Virus record (IMG/VR): IMGVR_UViG_3300032156_000002
Span: 9,023-73,022 of that record
Direction: 5' to 3' (one strand)
From: a virus
Lineage: Duplodnaviria > Heunggongvirae > Uroviricota > Caudoviricetes
DNA length: 64,000 nucleotides
The notes below the pieces were generated by a model that saw only the letters and a program-made list of their open reading frames with translations, was not told the DNA's origin and did no database searches. The translations under genes were made by a program, and so were the position numbers. Of this stretch, positions 54,801-62,574 are shown piece by piece (position 1 is the stretch's first letter; every line of letters begins with the position of its first letter).

Positions 54801-57705
54801 CGAAAGAAGGGACCGGACAATAGAGGCGATGCTTTCCGATGACGGCCTGAACTTCATGGCCGCTCACGAGTTCGGCCACGCGCTTGACTTCATCGCTGAC
54901 GGCGAGAAGCAAAAATGGGTCGGACCGGTACCGGAAGCCTATAGCGACGCACTGGACACAATCTGTCACTACGACCGCGACAAACTGGATAACGAGTACC
55001 GCGCCGATGTCATTGCCGCGGCGCTGATGGGAAGGCCGCCAGAGCGCGTGACCGCAGTAGGGGGCACCTTCACAGAGGACATGACTAAGGTCGGGCAGAG
55101 GCTTTTGGGCATGGCCGAGACCCGCCTGACAACGCGCACCGCGCCCGGAATGATTGACGAGGAATATGTCACCGGCATGCGTCTCGCGTTTATCCCGGTC
55201 CCGAGCGGCATTATGTACGAGCCAGTTGTGGAGCGTGGCGGACCGGGTAGCGGCCACTTCGGCCACGCCGGTCGGCCCGGCGAGGTGGGCGGGAGTGCGC
55301 CGAGTGAAGGATTGTCAACTGGCGAGCCGGGCAAGCGAATCGTCAAGGTCCTATCGGTTGAGGACACGCGCGAGTACGTCGAGGGCAGGGACGATAAATT
55401 CCGCCCCGTGCCCGGCTCCGGCACAGAGCATACTTGCGACCGATGCGGGCGCTCGCACGAGGTGCACGCAACTGTCGAGTTAGAGGACGGTTCGGAGATG
55501 GTTGTTGGCACCGGGTGCATGAACGCCGAATTCAGCGAGGCTGTGCGCAGGCAGATGCAGAACAAGGAACGGGCGGCAAGGCGTGTACGGATTCTTGAGG
55601 CCGAGATGGCCGCAAAAAAGGTGGAACGAGAAAAGTGGGACGCGGAATACGAAAAGGTAAAGCAACTGCCGATGCCGGAAATAACCGAGAAGGAATTGGA
55701 GACTGGGCGCTATCCCGTCACTGAGTATCGCATGGGCGATGCCGATGTCTGGAATGACCCGCGGTATGGCCTGACCGATGAGCGGCGCAGGCTCTTGTAC
55801 TCGAACTGGTGGCGCAAGCGAATGTTTGAGCGCGGCTTCGAGAGCAACCGACCGGCGTATGATGAGGCGGATTATCTGAAGCGCATTGCGCGCGCACGAG
55901 CCGTCCTAGAAGCCGATGTGGCACCCGAGGTCGTGGAGCGCGGCGGACCCGGCAGTGGCCACTTCAAGCACAAGGGTGTGCCGGGGGAGCGTGGCGGCAG
56001 TGCTCCGAGCGGACGCGCGCCTGCACCGGGGGCCAAGGGTAGCGTCGAGCCTATCCTCTCGCGCCTGTATTCGCCCGAGGCGGGAGTGGCGTTCGTCAAC
56101 TTCAGGGGCAAGTACGCACTGGCCGACGTGGAGCACGGAGCGATTATCAATCGTCAGGGCAAGGTCCTCATCGAACGCACAGACCACAACCCCAAGGAAA
56201 TCTTCTGGCCCTACAGCATGATAGCCCGAATGGAAGGCAAGGTGATGGTCCACAACCACCCGACCGGGGCCGTTCTATCGGATTCGGACGTGATGTTCAT
56301 GCTCAAGAGCAAGTGCTCGGCGATTGTGGCCACGGGGCGGTGGGGTACCTACATCGCAAGCGTGGACCCCGGAGCCGACTCGCTACAGATTATCAATGCC
56401 CTCGGTCGGGCAAACGAGGAAATCTACTCGACCATGAAGGCGTTACCCGACTTCGAGAAAATGTCCGAGGCGGACAAGTGGACAATTCACTTGTCGGAGG
56501 TCTTTGAAACAGTGGAGGACACGACGGATGGAAAGTTCAGATTCGATTGGGAGCCGCCAGCGCCGGAGAATCAACCTGCGGAGCCGCTGGGATACGCTAA
56601 GGCCGAGACGGTCCAGCGCATGGACATCGAGGCTGGCGTGACACTGGACGGCCTCGAGGACGGCGATTACGAGAAGGCAACGATTATCACTGCCGACCAG
56701 ATGTGGGCGCTGATGCAGGGCAAGACCATCACCGCGAATGGCAAGACCATGACCCGCGCGGACGGCCCGTACATGCTCGGAGAGGCGGAGGCCGAGGCCG
56801 TGGAGCGCGGCGGAGCGGGGAGCGGCCATCACAAGCACAAAGGCATCATTGGCCATCGCGGAGGGAGCGCGCCGTCGAATCTTCCGAATGTCGAACCGCC
56901 GCCCGGATACGAGCAAGCACGAGGATTGCGCAAGGCGATTGACATTCTCAATCCGCCGAGAACGAGGAAGTTCGCGAGGGTTATCGGTGCGCTTGAGGCG
57001 ATTGGCCGCGTTCACGGCGTTACCATGTGGCCCATACCGCTCACCACAACGTCATCGAAAACGAAAGGCGGGGCCTACAGGCGCGAGGAATACACCCACA
57101 AGCCACTAGGGATAGCCCTCGTCACCGGGAAGGCCGACCTCGGGGTTGCCGCCGTGCACGAGTTCGGTCACTACATGGATGACTGGGGGCTGGGTCGCGG
57201 ATTCTTCGCAAGCAACAGGCCGGACATCACGAACCTGCCAGAGGAAGCGGGCCTCCACGGACCGTCGGTTTATGAGCAGAACACGGAACTACGCGAGGCG
57301 CTTGATGAGTGGTATCAGGCCGTCATAGATAGCAAGGCGGCGAAGGACTTGGAGCGCGGCGTGTTCAACTCGACGACCATGAAGAAGATTGTCGCCGCGG
57401 ACGGAACGACGACATGGCATGCCGTCCGTGAATCGGGCGTGGGCGGCCAACACAGGTTCTTGGCCAACGTTCGGCAGACGCACGAGTATTTTGCGCGGTC
57501 GTATTCCCAATACATCGCCTTGCGCGGCGGCGACGCCGAGTTGAAGGGCGAAATAGACGGCATCCTGCGCGATGCCAAGAACCCGCCGAGCGTGCCCGGC
57601 TACAAAACCATGGCCTTCACTCAATACTGGGAGTGGGATGACTTCGAGCCAATCGCGAGCGCGTTCGATAAGATTTTCAGGAGTACACAATGGGCGAGCC
57701 AATAG
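51886..57705 (+). CDS. Giant polyvalent protein, 1939 aa. It has an N-terminal 2H (LigT-like) phosphoesterase, three HExxH zincin-like peptidase domains, a Zn-ribbon and a RadC-like JAB/MPN domain. Its modules are separated by 6 copies of the RGGPGSGHFGHxGRPGxVGGS linker.
   Basis: 2H motifs HISLAY at about 52100 and HVTLGY at about 52360. HEEGH at about 52716, HEFGH at about 54865 and HEFGH at about 57157. VHNHPTGAVLSDSD at about 56251. Linker copies at about 52525, 53511, 54370, 55234, 55933 and 56803. Confidence 0.7.
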   Translation: MHMPSWAAQIINRAALAEANRAAYACAFLSRYGDDDVDEAALAKIAAYQRRVSGIAGVLKRPFEPQEPGTFHISLAYFPDATDEQIAALKENLSLPIPFIVTARGIKVFPPNGEGLSAVVLDVTATPALLRLQSEIINRALSMDLKLGDFADPTIYSPHVTLGYSTLEQKDVPTSIEPFELWVRGFSITRHDYDVQLDVRLPLVRERGPLVTSGGPGSGHFGHEGRPGEVGGSLPGGKLSVVYDEHLTTEAEYRNGVIAVGPKFYELDDAGRAQVMAHEEGHALSDQMLADGRAFALQDQGAFTGKFGDETVDGINGQLTPGENVAEAYAVWKLDPDWLLEHYPLAHQAIAEAMARGGLSTGEPGEGGLSEEHQKIWEETRASYETALAEKYGVAEEQHWDTGTWIGSDGRLLAPNQDHQAMALDVLGWGKDLTPGTKEWDDKGEAATNELVAAGLIRYNVAEAEVFFDIPSREETTHKQKDAMARILTMLAARNGQWPYLAINVGPPFEEHDYEGSIMGVREGYRFLGLSEMGYGDKVITRGGPGSGHFGHEGRPGEVGGSAPSGGLSTGEAGAPIRLTKAALNRILTWSSSRYNMYPKHVAVQLAYEVLNGERPDAPYLLLESGNYTEAAGGLSYGEYMVNGPEGYIVGGKYKGSGNTITNPADFEELGPRTYFDIGLRTGEPWAVHGARPDLYDWQDETVEHIPKEMTDRVWGYHAEAAGDIFREVALHGSDAPDGGYLTEKLKRVEKSYRTSDRDIIFSNPLAPDDEARRVEMLDAWRSVDYTELPKQLRLAIGVNIGLLERDPSAVQSAIESLRAMQASEYVERGGEGSGHHGHKGVPGHRGGSAPSGLSTGGTEIEMHLTEGALYDSAAQSAWIRAIKGAVDRLSERGIKLPGRLIVSDSFLDIGKFAEIRMQDKSVVTDEMAESWARGNFEYTIAAMCVQTHDKNDAMFFVNPSWRRRSHGIVPDERRDRTIEAMLSDDGLNFMAAHEFGHALDFIADGEKQKWVGPVPEAYSDALDTICHYDRDKLDNEYRADVIAAALMGRPPERVTAVGGTFTEDMTKVGQRLLGMAETRLTTRTAPGMIDEEYVTGMRLAFIPVPSGIMYEPVVERGGPGSGHFGHAGRPGEVGGSAPSEGLSTGEPGKRIVKVLSVEDTREYVEGRDDKFRPVPGSGTEHTCDRCGRSHEVHATVELEDGSEMVVGTGCMNAEFSEAVRRQMQNKERAARRVRILEAEMAAKKVEREKWDAEYEKVKQLPMPEITEKELETGRYPVTEYRMGDADVWNDPRYGLTDERRRLLYSNWWRKRMFERGFESNRPAYDEADYLKRIARARAVLEADVAPEVVERGGPGSGHFKHKGVPGERGGSAPSGRAPAPGAKGSVEPILSRLYSPEAGVAFVNFRGKYALADVEHGAIINRQGKVLIERTDHNPKEIFWPYSMIARMEGKVMVHNHPTGAVLSDSDVMFMLKSKCSAIVATGRWGTYIASVDPGADSLQIINALGRANEEIYSTMKALPDFEKMSEADKWTIHLSEVFETVEDTTDGKFRFDWEPPAPENQPAEPLGYAKAETVQRMDIEAGVTLDGLEDGDYEKATIITADQMWALMQGKTITANGKTMTRADGPYMLGEAEAEAVERGGAGSGHHKHKGIIGHRGGSAPSNLPNVEPPPGYEQARGLRKAIDILNPPRTRKFARVIGALEAIGRVHGVTMWPIPLTTTSSKTKGGAYRREEYTHKPLGIALVTGKADLGVAAVHEFGHYMDDWGLGRGFFASNRPDITNLPEEAGLHGPSVYEQNTELREALDEWYQAVIDSKAAKDLERGVFNSTTMKKIVAADGTTTWHAVRESGVGGQHRFLANVRQTHEYFARSYSQYIALRGGDAELKGEIDGILRDAKNPPSVPGYKTMAFTQYWEWDDFEPIASAFDKIFRSTQWASQ

Positions 57706-59606
57706 AAATCAACCTGTCTGATGACGGCCTCGCGGATGATGTCGAAGATGTCCGCGCGCGCCTCGCTGTCTCCCGCGGTCTTCACCGGATTGTCATTCGC
57801 GGCGGGCCGGGCAGTGGATTTGCTGGCCACGAAGGCGTGCCCGGACATCTTGGCGGAAGCGCACCCAGCGCGACCGGCCCCAAAGAGGAAGCGCCTGCGG
57901 TTCCGGCGGCTGGCAAGACTGGCGAAGTGGCGCAAGCGGGCGGAAAGAAAAAGGGCCACGTGAAGGGCTACACTGACCTGCACTCGAAATTCGAGCACGG
58001 GCCTGCGCTCGATGACTACTTGGTTGGAGCCGGGGGACCGCTGGGCCTGCGCCTCGCATCGCCGGACAAGGATGCCTTCCTCTCGAAGGATTCGGAGGAC
58101 CTGCGCAGTCGAAACGCGAAGTTGTGGTGGGAGCAGGTCGAGACCTCCTACCGCGAGTGGATTCAGCAACAGTTTGGGGCCAACCCTTGGGAGCAAGCCC
58201 GAGACCCTGAGACGAATCAGGCCAAATCGAGCGACGCATTCGCGACCGCCTACTACGCGAATCTTGAACACCTCGCGCCGTACATGAAGCAGTACACAGA
58301 CATGACCAAGGGCACGGTTGACGGAAGCGCCGCGGAGGCGGCACAGGCCGACTTCGAGGTAGCCCGCAATCTCGGACCCTACATGGTCAATGCGGAGCGT
58401 GTTTTCAATCAGGCCGCCGGTGGTGGTCGTCCCACGCGAGATGCAGTCAAGGCGCTTGTGGATGCCGACGAGTCAATCCCGCGGGCGCTCAAACCCCGCG
58501 CCACAGCGTTTGCCATCCTGAGTCTGATGCGCAAGTATTCGGCCAGTGACCCGGCCTACGCCATGACCATGCGCGGGGGTCCCCTGCGCAGGATTGTCAT
58601 TACTCGCGGCGGAGCCGGTAGCGGCCACTTCGGGCACGAGGGCGTCCCCGGCCACCTTGGCGGGAGCAAGGATAGTCCGGGTAAAGGGAATGACGCTCCC
58701 AAGACGGGAGCAACGCCCGGCCAGAAGGTCACGGCCACGGGCCGCCCGGTGCCGCCGAACGCGGCGTTGATTGACTCGTCTGACAAGCACCTGCTTGAGC
58801 AGGGGTCACAGCGCATCGGCGAAACGGTCGAGTCTTACGCCTACACGACCGAGGAGTGGTTGGACGCGGCAGAGGAAGTCATGGCCGAGCAACCGCCCGA
58901 GGTTGCGAAGAAGATTGCCGACGTGGAGGCGGCACTCAAGACGGGCGAGCCGACATCGAGACTCTACTCTGACGGCAAGGGCAATTACGACGGCGAGCGT
59001 GCCAAGTTGCACGATGGCATTCTGGAAAAAATGTTTGGCCGCGCGACGCCCGTTGCCGAGGGCGAGACGCCGCGCATGACACTAACGGGCGGTTTGCCCG
59101 GCTCTGGCAAGAGCACCGTGCTTTCGGCGAGGCGCGAGCAGGGTTTGGCCGACCTCGAGGGCGCGGTTCACATTGACTCGGACTGGGTGAAGGAACAGTT
59201 GCCCGAGTACGAGGGCTGGAACGCGGCGCTTGTGCACGACGAAGCCTCTGACATCATCTCGCGGGCAATGACGCGCGCGCGCGCAGAGCACTACAGCGTG
59301 GTCTACGACACGACCATGAAAACCACCCAAGAGACGGTGAACTTCGTGAACGCGGCCAAGGAAGCGGGTTACAGCGCGCACGTCATCTATGTGGACGTTC
59401 CGATGAAGATGAGTATGCGCCGCGCCATCAGTCGCTTCATGGACCCGAAATCAGGGCGTTACGTCAGCCCGTATTACATTGCGTCGAACGATAGCAAGAA
59501 CGTAGGAACCTTTGGAACGCTCAAGGCTCTCGTGGACACGTGGGAGCACTGGGACAACGCGACGCCGGGCGGCACGCCGACCCTCATCGCATCGAGCAAG
59601 CCGTAG
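57690..59606 (+). CDS. Polyvalent protein, 638 aa, with 2 linker motifs and a C-terminal P-loop kinase domain of the zeta-toxin or polynucleotide-kinase type.
   Basis: Linkers at about 57797 and 58603. Walker A TGGLPGSGKST at about 59088 followed by a kinase-like fold. Confidence 0.65.
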   Translation: MGEPIEINLSDDGLADDVEDVRARLAVSRGLHRIVIRGGPGSGFAGHEGVPGHLGGSAPSATGPKEEAPAVPAAGKTGEVAQAGGKKKGHVKGYTDLHSKFEHGPALDDYLVGAGGPLGLRLASPDKDAFLSKDSEDLRSRNAKLWWEQVETSYREWIQQQFGANPWEQARDPETNQAKSSDAFATAYYANLEHLAPYMKQYTDMTKGTVDGSAAEAAQADFEVARNLGPYMVNAERVFNQAAGGGRPTRDAVKALVDADESIPRALKPRATAFAILSLMRKYSASDPAYAMTMRGGPLRRIVITRGGAGSGHFGHEGVPGHLGGSKDSPGKGNDAPKTGATPGQKVTATGRPVPPNAALIDSSDKHLLEQGSQRIGETVESYAYTTEEWLDAAEEVMAEQPPEVAKKIADVEAALKTGEPTSRLYSDGKGNYDGERAKLHDGILEKMFGRATPVAEGETPRMTLTGGLPGSGKSTVLSARREQGLADLEGAVHIDSDWVKEQLPEYEGWNAALVHDEASDIISRAMTRARAEHYSVVYDTTMKTTQETVNFVNAAKEAGYSAHVIYVDVPMKMSMRRAISRFMDPKSGRYVSPYYIASNDSKNVGTFGTLKALVDTWEHWDNATPGGTPTLIASSKP

Positions 59607-59617
59607 GAGGCAGGACC

Positions 59618-61363
59618 ATGGCAGACAAAGAAATCAAACCCACGGAGCCAACGCCGGAGCCGACTGGCCCCAGCGGGTCAGCGCCACGGGGTGAGCAACC
59701 CGGCGGCCCAAGCGGGTCCACGGCGGGCGCATCGCGGCGCGTGGTGAAGATTCAGTTTGTGGATGACGGGGATGATGCCGAGTTGACTAAGGCGCTTGCG
59801 GGCTTCCGCAGTTCGGACACGGAGGCGCAGACCGGGCATTCTCAAAAGGGTGTTGTCATCCCGCCAGCCGAGGCCGAGACCGCCAAGCAACCTGCGAAAC
59901 CTCGGGGTCTACTACGGCGCGTCAGTTTGACCGAGCGACTCATGCCCGCGCAGACAGACCCGCGCCAGCCGGTCGCAGAACCGATGCGCGGCAGTGTGCT
60001 CACGCTGGACGAGATGGCGGCTATCCTGCGCGCGCGCCTGCGTGTGCTAGGCGAGAATATCGGTATCGAGGAGGCGCGTATACGCGAGGCGGCGGAGATT
60101 CTCACCGCTGTATGCGGCGGCGTGATTGACCTTGACATGGCGTTGCAGTGGGCCGAGGAGGGACAGAAGGCGGGCGTGTGGGCGCGTGACCCGTGGGGAT
60201 ACATTATCACTCCCACGCTCGTGCATGAAGCCGCGGCCCTGATTGCGTGGCAGGACGCGGGACTGACCGTGCGTGGCGGGCCGGGGTCCGGGCACTTTTC
60301 ACACAAAGGCCGACCGGGGCAGGTCGGCGGTAGCGAGGACACGCCCGGCAAGGGCGATGATGCGCCTCAGACCGGAGGCGTAGGCGGTAGCCCGAGCGAA
60401 AGTCAGAGTTTTGCCGCTGGCATGAAGGACAAGGACTATGACGCATGGGTAACGAAACTCTCTGTGATGCCCATGAGGAAACTGCGCGCATGGCAGGATG
60501 TGGTGATGGCGCAGTTAGAGGAATTGGACAAGCAACCGCAGGGCGAGGCAAACAAGACTGCGGGCATCGAGCAACAGTTGTGGCAAGAGGCACTGGCGAA
60601 CGCCGTGGCCCGCAAGAACTGGCCCAAGGATTACACCGACCCATTCTCATTGCCCGGTTGGTTTGCTGAATATCAGGCTGGCCAAGGCGCGGCAATCGGC
60701 GAACCCCAACCCTCCAAGGCGCAGGAGGGATTATCAACCGGCGAGCCGGTGTCCGGGGACACCACGCGCGTCGGGCTTACGAGTGCGCGACCGGGCCGAA
60801 CGAACGAGGAAGTGTTCGCCGCGATGCGTGAATTCGATGACCAACTCGGAGGCATCGAGACCGTAACATCGCACCGCGTCCAGCCGGGCGTCGGCGGGTA
60901 TATGGGCGACCACGAGGCGACGTGGATTATCGAGTACACGGGTAATGGCGAGGCCAAGAAACTCGTGGCCGCCACGGCTAAGAAGTGGAATCAGGACAGC
61001 GCCTTGCTTATTACCGGACCCGACAAGGGACAGGCGACCATCTCTACGGACTTCGAATTCGATGACCCGGTGACGCCGACCGAACGCAAGGCAGTCGAGA
61101 CAGCGATGATTGCGGCGGCGGAAAAAACAGGACAGTTCCGGGGTTGGCAGTGGTACCGCCAGCCGCACAAGTACAGCGTGCTCCGCGCCGTGTGCGTCCC
61201 TCAGTGGAAGGGTGTACCGGAGACACACAAGCAGGTTGCGGGAACGCTGGCAGACTTTTTCAAACAGATGGGTATGAACCACACCCTTCACGAGTACGAA
61301 GTGGGCGTGGAAGTGCTCGAAAAGGAGGGCGACAATGCCTACGACACCGTTCTCAGTCAGTGA
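59618..61363 (+). CDS. Polyvalent protein, 581 aa, with 1 linker motif and unknown domains.
   Basis: Internal Met of ORF 59540..61363 with a GGAGG RBS. Linker VRGGPGSGHFSHKGRPGQVGGSEDTPGKGDDAPQTG at about 60272. Confidence 0.55.
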   Translation: MADKEIKPTEPTPEPTGPSGSAPRGEQPGGPSGSTAGASRRVVKIQFVDDGDDAELTKALAGFRSSDTEAQTGHSQKGVVIPPAEAETAKQPAKPRGLLRRVSLTERLMPAQTDPRQPVAEPMRGSVLTLDEMAAILRARLRVLGENIGIEEARIREAAEILTAVCGGVIDLDMALQWAEEGQKAGVWARDPWGYIITPTLVHEAAALIAWQDAGLTVRGGPGSGHFSHKGRPGQVGGSEDTPGKGDDAPQTGGVGGSPSESQSFAAGMKDKDYDAWVTKLSVMPMRKLRAWQDVVMAQLEELDKQPQGEANKTAGIEQQLWQEALANAVARKNWPKDYTDPFSLPGWFAEYQAGQGAAIGEPQPSKAQEGLSTGEPVSGDTTRVGLTSARPGRTNEEVFAAMREFDDQLGGIETVTSHRVQPGVGGYMGDHEATWIIEYTGNGEAKKLVAATAKKWNQDSALLITGPDKGQATISTDFEFDDPVTPTERKAVETAMIAAAEKTGQFRGWQWYRQPHKYSVLRAVCVPQWKGVPETHKQVAGTLADFFKQMGMNHTLHEYEVGVEVLEKEGDNAYDTVLSQ

Positions 61364-61637
61364 CCTCAAGGACATCCTTGACGGACATCGCAAGGCACAG
61401 GTGAGCGACAAAGAAGCCAAGGTCGAGGATTTCCCCGAGGCTCCTGCGATGCCCACGGGCGACCAGACCGTGGCGGTGTTCTTTTCCAAGCCACAGGCAC
61501 CCGGTGGTGAAGAAACTGAGGCACCAGACTGGGTGAGTGCGACAGAGGCGGGCGATGCGGAAGGTGATGTCGAGGGTTGGCCGCAGAAGCCGGAGACGGA
61601 CCAATCGGGCGGTCCGACATTCAGCGAGGAGTCCTAA
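61335..61637 (+). CDS. Hypothetical acidic 100 aa protein.
   Basis: ORF track. Confidence 0.35.
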   Translation: MPTTPFSVSDLKDILDGHRKAQVSDKEAKVEDFPEAPAMPTGDQTVAVFFSKPQAPGGEETEAPDWVSATEAGDAEGDVEGWPQKPETDQSGGPTFSEES

Positions 61638-61638
61638 C

Positions 61639-62574
61639 ATGCTTGGCAAAGGTGTCTATCTGTGGAAGGTCTACACGATTGACGGTGGCGACGCGCGCGT
61701 TCTCGCGCGCCGTCTCCATTCGATGCAGGTCCAGCGCCTCGACGTGAAGGTGGCCGACGGCGCGAAGGTCCACGCCATCGCGGCATGGGAGAAGCCCGGC
61801 TGGGGCGAGAACGTCAAGGCCGAGTGGGTCGCCACCTTGCGCGACGAGTGTGCACGCCTGAACTGGCCGATGGAAGTGTGGGGCTTCGGCTTCGACTACG
61901 GATACGACGCAGTGGGCGAGGGAGCAATCCTCGGGTCGCAGGTCAACCGGCTCGGCTTGGACGGTGCCATTGCCGACCCCGAGGGCGTGTTCGAGGGACA
62001 AGTCAATGCGGTTGGCAAGGCGCGCGATATGGGAAGCGCCTACCATGCCGTCTGCCAGAAGCCAATAGCGATTGCCACGTGGGCGCTTTGGAGAAATCCT
62101 GTCACACTCGCACCCTATCACAATGTCGAGTGGGGCAAGGCGCTCATGGAGTGGGCCGACTATGGCGCGCCGATGGTCTACTGGCAAGGGCAAGGCGCAA
62201 AGGCCGCAGTCTCCTACCTCGACAATTGCATTGCTCAGTGGCGGTCTCTCATAACGAAGAAGCCTCTCCTGCCCGCAGGTCGCGCCTACGTGGGCGACGG
62301 TGGGACGGTGGATGTTCCCGGCATCACGGCATTCGGCCAGCGCGTGCGAGAACTCGCCGCGGCGACTGGCATCGTGGCCAGTCCCATCGCAGGTGAGTCG
62401 TGGTGGAATCTCGGGAGTGTCATCAAGTACCCGGACTGCTTGGCCGCTCTCTCGGCCTTGCCGCCCTACGCCACTGGCGTACAACCCTATCCGACCGCGC
62501 CACTTGCCGAATGGGCCGCGGCCTTGACCGCGCACGCGCGAACTCAGGGATACAGGGGACCGAGCCTCGCATGA
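61639..62574 (+). CDS. Hypothetical protein, 311 aa.
   Basis: Internal Met of ORF 61537..62574. No confident domain assignment. Confidence 0.45.
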   Translation: MLGKGVYLWKVYTIDGGDARVLARRLHSMQVQRLDVKVADGAKVHAIAAWEKPGWGENVKAEWVATLRDECARLNWPMEVWGFGFDYGYDAVGEGAILGSQVNRLGLDGAIADPEGVFEGQVNAVGKARDMGSAYHAVCQKPIAIATWALWRNPVTLAPYHNVEWGKALMEWADYGAPMVYWQGQGAKAAVSYLDNCIAQWRSLITKKPLLPAGRAYVGDGGTVDVPGITAFGQRVRELAAATGIVASPIAGESWWNLGSVIKYPDCLAALSALPPYATGVQPYPTAPLAEWAAALTAHARTQGYRGPSLA